Below the pieces are notes generated by a model, which was not told where the DNA came from, made no database searches, and worked only from the letters and a program-made list of their open reading frames with translations. The translations under genes and the position numbers were made by a program. 24,000 nt of DNA from an uncultured Solirubrobacteraceae bacterium. GTDB taxonomy: Bacteria > Actinomycetota > Thermoleophilia > Solirubrobacterales > Solirubrobacteraceae. This document shows, in pieces, positions 6,675 through 13,046 of the stretch. Where the stretch lies: NCBI GenBank assembly GCA_963805525.1, contig CAWDUT010000005.1, positions 59,824-83,823 on the forward strand, written 5' to 3'. How positions within the stretch are numbered: the stretch's first letter is position 1; each line of letters opens with the position of its first letter.

Positions 6675-7460
6675 CTATCCGCCGGCGAGCGCGCCGGCAT
6701 AGACCTGCCAGGCCAGCGCGCTCTTGGCGACGAGGCTGAGGATCAGGTAGACGCGCTCGGCGAACGCTGGGTCCGCCCAGCGGCCGCGGCCCCGGTACTG
6801 CAGCCACATGTTGACCGCAAACGTGTTGAACAGCAGGAACAGGGTGATGAAGATCGCGACGACGAAGCCAGGGACGCCGTTGCCATCGGTGGTCGAGACG
6901 ATGAGTTGGGTGGTGATCGCGATCCACGGCACGGCGCCGATGACGCACCCGTAGATGAACGGCCGCCAGTCCACCTCGTCGCGGCCGACGTTCACTCGCT
7001 CCTGCACGAGCCCGAAGAGGATCATCGCCGCGTTCGCCCCGAACAGGGCGATCAGCGCGACGAGCTCGCTGACCCCGGCGAGCATCGCGATCAGCACGAT
7101 CATCAGCGACGCGCTGAGCGAGTACTCCCACCAGCGCGCCGGATTGATCCCGCGCGCAACGTTGGTCTCGTACCAGCGGCGCGGCCGCCCGCCGCTCAGC
7201 GTGAGGTGATCGACCGCGGCAAGCAACAGGAACGCGGCGACCAGCCAGTCGATCCGCACGCTGCCGAGGCTCGCAGAACCGTAGTCGCCGGCGCCGGGCG
7301 GGCCGGTCAGGAACGACGCCGTGATCGGGAGCGAGGCGGCCGTTGCGATCGCGAGCAGGACGACCGCCTGCATGGCGTGCAACGAGCCGACGATGACGTT
7401 CAGCCGGCGCAGCCGGGAGGCCGCCGCGGCGTCGAGCCGGGCTGGCGAGGGGTCGGACAT
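6675..7460 (-). CDS. Heliorhodopsin (retinal-binding 7-TM photoreceptor with inverted topology)
   Basis: The 261-aa ORF aligns end to end with heliorhodopsin 48C12 as I recall it. Matching strings: NVIVGSLHAMQAVVLLA, TASFLTGPPG, RWWEYSLSASLMIVLIA (counterion Glu), VALIALFGANAAMILFGLVQE, GCVIGAVPWI, VPGFV..FITLFLLFNTFA, AERVYLILSLVAKSALAWQVYAG (Schiff-base Lys). Confidence 0.9.
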   Translation of the reverse strand: MSDPSPARLDAAAASRLRRLNVIVGSLHAMQAVVLLAIATAASLPITASFLTGPPGAGDYGSASLGSVRIDWLVAAFLLLAAVDHLTLSGGRPRRWYETNVARGINPARWWEYSLSASLMIVLIAMLAGVSELVALIALFGANAAMILFGLVQERVNVGRDEVDWRPFIYGCVIGAVPWIAITTQLIVSTTDGNGVPGFVVAIFITLFLLFNTFAVNMWLQYRGRGRWADPAFAERVYLILSLVAKSALAWQVYAGALAGG

Positions 7461-7513
7461 GCCTTAGGTACGGCTACGGGAGAGAAACGGACGACCCGCG
7501 CGACCGGGATGAG

Positions 7514-8548
7514 GTGTCGCTTGTGAGCGATCCGGCGCCGCGTCCCGTAGAGGGAGCAGTGATCACCTCCCTGCTCGACACGATTCTCGACCGCACAGTC
7601 GTCGCCGGTTACGCGAGCGCCGGATACCGGATGCGCAGCCGTGCGTGGGACGCAGACGATCTCCCGTCGATGGACGGCAAGACGGTCCTCGTCACCGGTG
7701 CGACCTCGGGGCTCGGTCTGGCGGCCGCCGAAGGGTTTGCCCGGCTCGGCGCGAGCGTCCGGCTGCTCGCGCGCAACGAGGAGCGCGGGGAGCGAGCGCG
7801 CGCGGCCGTCGTCGCGGCGACCGGCAACAGCGACGTGCGGGTGTGCCTGTGCGATGTCAGCGACATGCAGGACGTGCGGGCCTTCGCGGCGCGCTTCATC
7901 GCCGACGAGCCGCGCCTCGACGTCCTGGTCAACAACGCCGGCGTGCTGCCGCCGGAGCGAGCGGTCACCGCGGACGGCAACGAGCTCGCGCTGGCGACGA
8001 ACGTACTCGGACCGTTCCTGCTCACGAACCTGCTGATCCCCCTGCTCACGCAGAGCGCACCGGCGCGGGTCATCAACGTCTCCTCGGGCGGGATGTACAC
8101 GCAGCGGCTACATGTCGAGGACCTGCAGTCCACGGGCGAGAAGTACGACGGGCCGACGGTATACGCGCGGACCAAGCGCGCGCAGGTGATCCTGACCGAG
8201 CTGTGGGCGAAGCGGCTCGCCGGCACCGGGGTGGTCGTGCACGCGATGCACCCGGGCTGGGCGGACACTCCCGGCGTAGCGTCCTCGCTGCCGCGCTTTC
8301 ACCGGCTGACCGGACCGCTACTGCGCAGCCCCGAACAGGGGGCCGACACGATCGTCTGGCTCGGGGCGGCCGCCGAACCGGGCGAGAGTTTCGGCGGTTT
8401 CTGGCACGACCGCAGACGGCGCCCGACGCACCGCGTGCCGTGGACGAGGGAGGCGCCTGAAGATCGTGAGCGGCTCTGGCGCGAGTGCGAGCGGCTCACC
8501 GGCTGGCACGCCGTCCCGCTCCCGGCCCCGACCCACGCGCGCGTATAG
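7514..8548 (+). CDS. Short-chain dehydrogenase/reductase (SDR), DHRS12 / retinol-dehydrogenase-like subgroup with N-terminal extension
   Basis: Cofactor motif TVLVTGATSGLGLAAA, NNAG motif (LVNNAGV), catalytic S..YxxxK (VSSGG ... YARTKRA). The start may be GTG 7514 or in-frame GTG 7523. Confidence 0.9.
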   Translation: MSLVSDPAPRPVEGAVITSLLDTILDRTVVAGYASAGYRMRSRAWDADDLPSMDGKTVLVTGATSGLGLAAAEGFARLGASVRLLARNEERGERARAAVVAATGNSDVRVCLCDVSDMQDVRAFAARFIADEPRLDVLVNNAGVLPPERAVTADGNELALATNVLGPFLLTNLLIPLLTQSAPARVINVSSGGMYTQRLHVEDLQSTGEKYDGPTVYARTKRAQVILTELWAKRLAGTGVVVHAMHPGWADTPGVASSLPRFHRLTGPLLRSPEQGADTIVWLGAAAEPGESFGGFWHDRRRRPTHRVPWTREAPEDRERLWRECERLTGWHAVPLPAPTHARV

Positions 8549-8559
8549 GAGACACACCG

Positions 8560-9462
8560 GTGGCGCACTACACCGCAAGCATCAACACGCCCCGACCGCC
8601 CGCGGAGACGTTCGCGTACCTCAGCGACTTCTCCACAACCGAGGAATGGGACCCGGGCGTGGTCACGGCGAAGCGGCTTGGTGATGCTCCGATCGGTAAG
8701 GGGACGGAGTTCCGTGTCGTGGCCGATTTCCTCGGCCGCAAGGCCGCGCTCACGTACCGGATCGTCGAGTTCGAACCGGGCAGGGCCCTCACGCTGCGGG
8801 GCGAGAACGCGACCGTGGTCTCGCTTGACCGGATCACGTGCGAGCCGTCCGACGGGGGCACGCGGGTCACCTACGACGCCGACCTCGCGCTGAAGGGGCC
8901 GCTGCGGATCGCCGATCCGCTCCTCGGACTCGCTTTCGATCGCGTCGGCGACCGCGCGCTCGACGGCCTGCGCGACACGCTCGGCAGTCGCGACCCGGCA
9001 CGGCTGCCGCCGCTCTCGGGCCGCAGCCTCGACGGCCGCGACCACCACCTGCCCGACGACCTGCGCGAGCAGCACACCTTCATCATCACCGCCTTCCGGC
9101 GCGAGCAGCAGGCGCTGGTCGACGAATGGCTCCCGTGGCTCCTCGACCTCGAGGAGCGCCGCCCGGACGTCGCCGTCTACGAACTGCCGGTCCTCTCCTC
9201 CGCGTACTCGCCGGCCCGCTGGTTCATCGACGGCGGCATGGCGCGCGGCGTGGGGACTGATGCCGCGCGCGCCCGGACGATCACGGTCTACACCGACGTC
9301 GCGAAGGCCGTGCGCGAACTCGGCCTGGCCGGCACCGACACGATCGGCGTCCTGCTCGTCGACCGCTCGGGCCGCATCCGCGCCCGCGAACACGGCGGCT
9401 TCGACGACGAGAAGACGATGCGGCTCACCGCGGCGCTCCGGCGCTCGAGCGCCGACGGCTGA
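8560..9462 (+). CDS. SRPBCC (START/polyketide-cyclase-like) domain protein fused to a cysteine-less thioredoxin-like C-terminal domain
   Basis: GTG at 8560 follows TAGGAGA (8546-8552). The N-half reads AHYTASINTPRPPAETFAYLSDFSTTEEWDPGV...TYDADLALKG, typical of SRPBCC. The C-half (HTFIITAFRREQQALVDEW...IGVLLVDRSGRIRAREHGGF) resembles a redoxin/ATP10-like fold but has no CxxC. The C-half assignment is tentative. Confidence 0.85.
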   Translation: MAHYTASINTPRPPAETFAYLSDFSTTEEWDPGVVTAKRLGDAPIGKGTEFRVVADFLGRKAALTYRIVEFEPGRALTLRGENATVVSLDRITCEPSDGGTRVTYDADLALKGPLRIADPLLGLAFDRVGDRALDGLRDTLGSRDPARLPPLSGRSLDGRDHHLPDDLREQHTFIITAFRREQQALVDEWLPWLLDLEERRPDVAVYELPVLSSAYSPARWFIDGGMARGVGTDAARARTITVYTDVAKAVRELGLAGTDTIGVLLVDRSGRIRAREHGGFDDEKTMRLTAALRRSSADG

Positions 9463-9499
9463 TAATGCTCCGGTGGCGCCGCAGCTGAGAGGACCTGGC

Positions 9500-10408
9500 G
9501 TGGCGCGGCGCGCGCTGGTGACCGGCGCCACCGGGTTCGTGGGCGGGCGGCTGGCCGCTGCAGGCGCCGGCCCCAGCGAGGTGAGCGCTCTGGAGAGGCG
9601 GCGGGCACGGACGACCCGCGAAGACCGTCCGTACCTTGAGCGCCCGAGCCCGTACCTTCGAGATGTGCCGCCGTTCGGAGTCCCGCAGATCGTCGCCGCC
9701 GCCTCGGCCGCCGGCTCGGTGCTCGACGCCGGCTGCGGGAGCGCGCGACTGACCCTGGCGCTCGTCGAGGCCGGCGCGGCAGACGTCGTTGGCATCGACA
9801 CCAGCCTCGAACGCCTCGCGCAGGGGCGCGCGCGGCTCTCGGCGCATCCGATGGGAGCCCACGTGACGCTGATGGAGGCGGACTTCGACCACGCGCTGCC
9901 GTTCTCGGACGGGCGGTTCAACGCAGCCGTGAGTCGCCTGGCGCTGATGATCGCGTCCGACCCGGTGGTGACGCTGCGAGAGCTGCGGCGCGTGACCGCG
10001 GCCGCCGGACGCATCGTCACCGCCCTGTGGGCGCCGGTCGACGAGAACCCGTGGTTCGCGCTCCCCCGCGCCGCCGCGGCCGCGGTCGTCGGCCCCGAGC
10101 GCGCCGACTACGCACGCGCCTTCGGTCGCCTCGGCAGCCCCGAAGAGGCAACCGAGGTCCACCGCGCCGCCGGACTCGCGGACGTGCAAGCGGAAACACT
10201 GCGGCAAACGCTCGACGTACGGAACGCCGCCGCCCTTTGGGCCTGGATGGCTGGCGAGAACGGTCACGTGCGCCGCCTGGACACGACGCTCAGCGACTCG
10301 GAACGCGCAGCCGTGCTCGACGAGCTCGGCCGGATGGTCGCTGGCTACCGCACACACGGCTCGCTCGCTCTCCCGCGCACCATGACGCTGGTGACCGCGA
10401 CCGTCTGA
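9500..10408 (+). CDS. Class I SAM-dependent methyltransferase with a chimeric N-terminus (fragment of an NAD(P)-binding Rossmann protein)
   Basis: GTG at 9500 follows GAGAGGA (9487-9493). SAM motif I: SVLDAGCGSARLTLAL. Post-I: DVVGIDTS. The first ~35 aa (VARRALVTGATGFVGGRLAAAGAGPSEVSALERR) look like the start of an epimerase/NmrA-type protein. Confidence 0.8.
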   Translation: MARRALVTGATGFVGGRLAAAGAGPSEVSALERRRARTTREDRPYLERPSPYLRDVPPFGVPQIVAAASAAGSVLDAGCGSARLTLALVEAGAADVVGIDTSLERLAQGRARLSAHPMGAHVTLMEADFDHALPFSDGRFNAAVSRLALMIASDPVVTLRELRRVTAAAGRIVTALWAPVDENPWFALPRAAAAAVVGPERADYARAFGRLGSPEEATEVHRAAGLADVQAETLRQTLDVRNAAALWAWMAGENGHVRRLDTTLSDSERAAVLDELGRMVAGYRTHGSLALPRTMTLVTATV

Positions 10409-10559
10409 CCCACCGGCGCGGACGGGTTGGGCAAGTGCGTCCACACGCGTCCTGGGCCACCCACCGCGGACGCACGCCGGGCCGTGTGCGTCACGGGCAT
10501 CCCGACGATCTCATCGGAACACACGTGCAACGTGCTCGTGCCCTTCAGCGGCTCATGAG

Positions 10560-10780
10560 GCAACCCAGCGCCGACGCGTCCACATCGAACCATGACCCGC
10601 GCAGGGTCGAGCGCATCGCCGCCGACGAGGTAGCCCACGACGAGGTCGTTGTTTGGATCCGCGAACGCACTCGCCAAAGGGGAGATGAACCGCCGCCATC
10701 TCCTGAAACGCGCGGGAAAGACCGCAAACTGCGGACTGCTACGCGACGCGCCGGATCCTCGAAAACCACATCTTCTCCAG
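10560..10780 (-). pseudogene. Possible remnant of the C-terminus of a serine hydrolase (beta-lactamase/esterase family), frameshifted and 5'-truncated
   Basis: On the minus strand one frame gives RSLRSFPRVSGDGGGSSPL and the adjacent frame continues ASAFADPNNDLVVGYLVGG. Together these mimic the conserved SFGH-G-GGS-AFADP--L---YV-N block. No N-terminal half is present; the tRNA-fragment repeat lies where it should be. Confidence 0.3.
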
Positions 10781-10815
10781 GGATTTCACCGCTTGCGGCC
10801 GCGAGAACGCAACGA

Positions 10816-10857
10816 CTGGAAATCGTGGTGTCCCCGGTTCGAGTCCGGGTCTCGCCA
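10816..10857 (+). repeat. 3' half of a tRNA-Phe-like gene, att-like direct repeat copy 2 (anticodon position mutated GAA to GGA); not an intact tRNA
   Basis: It is 41/42 identical to 3395-3436. Four extra upstream nt (ACGA, 10812-10815) still pair with TCGT of the anticodon stem. It is followed by a T-rich, lower-GC flank (ctttcttttgcctgcataatgatg). No D arm is present. The short GCGAGA at 10801-10806 could pair with TCTCGC but would leave no room for a D arm. Confidence 0.75.
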
Positions 10858-10969
10858 CTTTCTTTTGCCTGCATAATGATGCTCTCTGCGCCTTTGCGAG
10901 CGGACTCTGAAAGGTGGAGTACCGGCGACTTGCGGGCATTTCACGACCAGGCGTGCGGCCCCGTTTCGC

Positions 10970-12310
10970 TCAGCGCCAGTCGAAGTGCTCGCGGTGAATG
11001 CGCCTGGCGGGTACGCCCGCCTGACGGAGCCCGGTCTGGAAGCTGCTGAGCATGGCGTTCGGCCCGCACATGAAGACCGACAGGACGCGCGGATTGCCGC
11101 CGGTGGTTGTGAGGACCCGTTCGGGCGTGAGGCGCCCGTCGATGCGCGTGTCGATCAGGTGCGCGTGCAATGACGGGTGGCGGTCCGCGATCAGGTTGAT
11201 CTCCTCGGCGAAGGGCGCCTCGCCGGCTGCGGTGTAGAAGAACTCGACGTGCCGGGGCGGGTGCTCGTCGAGCGCGCGCAGCCAGCTGAGGAACGGCGCG
11301 ACGCCGACGCCGGCGGCGATCCAGACCTGCCGGTCCGTGCCGCGCGCGTGGTTGAAGCGCCCGTGAGGGCCGCCGATGACGGCGGGCATGCCGGGCTCGA
11401 TGAGTTGCTGCAGCCGCGAGGTGTAGTCGCCCAGCGCCTTGACGGTGACGCGCACGATGTCCTCCCGCGGGGCGCTGGAGATCGTGAACGGGTGCCGGTG
11501 CCAGCCGTCCTTGGCTTCGAGGTAGACCATCGCGAACTGGCCGGGCATGAACGCGACGGGTCGGCCGAGCGGGCGCAACGCGACCTCCACCAGACCTTGC
11601 TCGACCTCACGCACCGCGTCGACCTGGTAGTCGTGCAGCGAGAGGAGGAAGCGCGCGAGCAGCTCGCGGTAGGCGTAGAACCCGAGCCCGACGGCGCCGA
11701 CTGCCACATAGCTCCAGCGCAGGACCGGCGCAGCATGAAACGGGGTGCCGTCGAGGACGCCGTGCGCGAAGCCCGCGGCGACGAACAGCCCGGTGGTGCG
11801 ATGCAGCGCTCGCCAGCGGTCATAGCCGCCGAAGAGGCGGCGCACGTCGCGCACGCCGGGCGCGTCGCGAGCGGCCAGGACGACACCCCGCAAGGCTGCC
11901 GGCACCACCGATTGCCAGCGCGGCAGGATCGCCCACAGCGCGAGCGCCACCAGCCCGATCGCGCCGATGGCGCCGAGCGGGCCGCCGAGCGTGGTGCCAT
12001 CCCGGTTCGACGCCATCAGCACATGCGGCGCGAGCAGGACGAGACCGGTGATCGCGACGCGGCGATGCCAGATCGCCGCGCGGTCGATCCCGTCAAACCA
12101 CTCCTCCACCCACGGCAACATGCTGATCAGCACCAGGCCGATCGAGAGCAGCAGGATCGACTCGGCGCCCAGCAACTGACCCACGTAACTCCCGGTCGAC
12201 TCTCCGGCCGGACGTGCGACCGTCCACAGGACGCCCTGCCCGACGACGAGGACGCCGATCGTCGCCGGCCCCACGTCCCGAGCGACGAACCGCGCGCGCG
12301 GCGGATGCAT
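10970..12310 (-). CDS. Ferric-reductase-like transmembrane flavocytochrome (NOX/FRE family: 6-TM bis-heme domain + FAD-binding + NAD(P)H-binding)
   Basis: 446-aa ORF. Paired His motifs lie in TM helices (HRRVAITGLVLLAPH; HRTTGLFVAAGFAH). FAD motif HPFTISS. NAD(P)-binding motif VWIAAGVGVAPF and C-terminal CGP motif. Confidence 0.9.
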   Translation of the reverse strand: MHPPRARFVARDVGPATIGVLVVGQGVLWTVARPAGESTGSYVGQLLGAESILLLSIGLVLISMLPWVEEWFDGIDRAAIWHRRVAITGLVLLAPHVLMASNRDGTTLGGPLGAIGAIGLVALALWAILPRWQSVVPAALRGVVLAARDAPGVRDVRRLFGGYDRWRALHRTTGLFVAAGFAHGVLDGTPFHAAPVLRWSYVAVGAVGLGFYAYRELLARFLLSLHDYQVDAVREVEQGLVEVALRPLGRPVAFMPGQFAMVYLEAKDGWHRHPFTISSAPREDIVRVTVKALGDYTSRLQQLIEPGMPAVIGGPHGRFNHARGTDRQVWIAAGVGVAPFLSWLRALDEHPPRHVEFFYTAAGEAPFAEEINLIADRHPSLHAHLIDTRIDGRLTPERVLTTTGGNPRVLSVFMCGPNAMLSSFQTGLRQAGVPARRIHREHFDWR

Positions 12311-12386
12311 CCCGAGAGACTCCCACGACGCGACCGTCGCGCGCCCAGCTGGTGGCGACGCTGCCCGAACGGCTTGCCCTGAGCGT

Positions 12387-13046
12387 TCACACCAGGGCGG
12401 CGATCCCCTTGGCCGTGAGGGCGACTCCGAACGCCAGCGCCAGCACCACCACGATCCGGGTCGCGTTCCGCGTGAGGAAGTCCTGGAAGCGCGCGACGCG
12501 TGCGGCGGTCTTGTCGGGCGAGAACACGTAGCTCACGAGCGGGACCTCGGCGAACGCGAACATGATCAGGTTGAAGAGCACGATCAGCGCGAGCTGCTCG
12601 GCCTTCGAATAGCCGCCGGTCGCCAGGTCGTGCAGCGCCGTCAGGTAGTAGATCCCCGGCACGTTGATCAGCGCGCCGACCGCCAAGGCGACCACCGCCC
12701 GGTCGCCTCCGAGCGCCCGCTCCGCCCGGCTCGGTCCCTCCTTGGGGGGCGCGGCCGGGCGCCTCGCGGCGCGGCGCGGAACCAGGTACGCCGCCGCGAA
12801 GCACAGGACGCCGCCAAGGAGGTACGCGCCGGGATGGACGGTGTCGCTGGAGCCCAGGACCTCGCTCTGCGCGCCCCCGAGCGCGTGGAGCACCAGCAGC
12901 CCGGCCGTGACGCTCATCGCCCAGCCGCCGAGCAGGAAGCTGAGCAGCAGCCGCTTCGGTCGCGGCCGGGTGAGCATCAGCACGACCGCCGCGAGCATCA
13001 GCGGGAAGAGCGCGGCCAGGCAGGCGAGCGCGACGATGTCCAGCAC
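12387..13046 (-). CDS. GAP-family (DUF2910 / Sap-like) integral membrane protein
   Basis: 219-aa ORF with six hydrophobic segments and a central Arg/Pro-rich loop. The GTG start at 13046 overlaps the upstream stop (TAGTG). The family name is from memory. Confidence 0.75.
   Translation of the reverse strand: MLDIVALACLAALFPLMLAAVVLMLTRPRPKRLLLSFLLGGWAMSVTAGLLVLHALGGAQSEVLGSSDTVHPGAYLLGGVLCFAAAYLVPRRAARRPAAPPKEGPSRAERALGGDRAVVALAVGALINVPGIYYLTALHDLATGGYSKAEQLALIVLFNLIMFAFAEVPLVSYVFSPDKTAARVARFQDFLTRNATRIVVVLALAFGVALTAKGIAALV

Noticed and set aside
7487-7500. Exact 14-mer ACGGACGACCCGCG repeated at 7487-7500 and 9607-9620.
   Set aside because: A single 14-nt GC-rich match is within chance expectation for a 24-kb GC-biased window. 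The flanks do not align in a consistent orientation.
10682-10760. Plus-strand peptide MNRRHLLKRAGKTANCGLL, which looks like a twin-arginine signal.
   Set aside because: The h-region is not hydrophobic. No mature domain follows, because the frame runs into the tRNA fragment. The SD (GGGGAG) abuts the ATG with no spacing.
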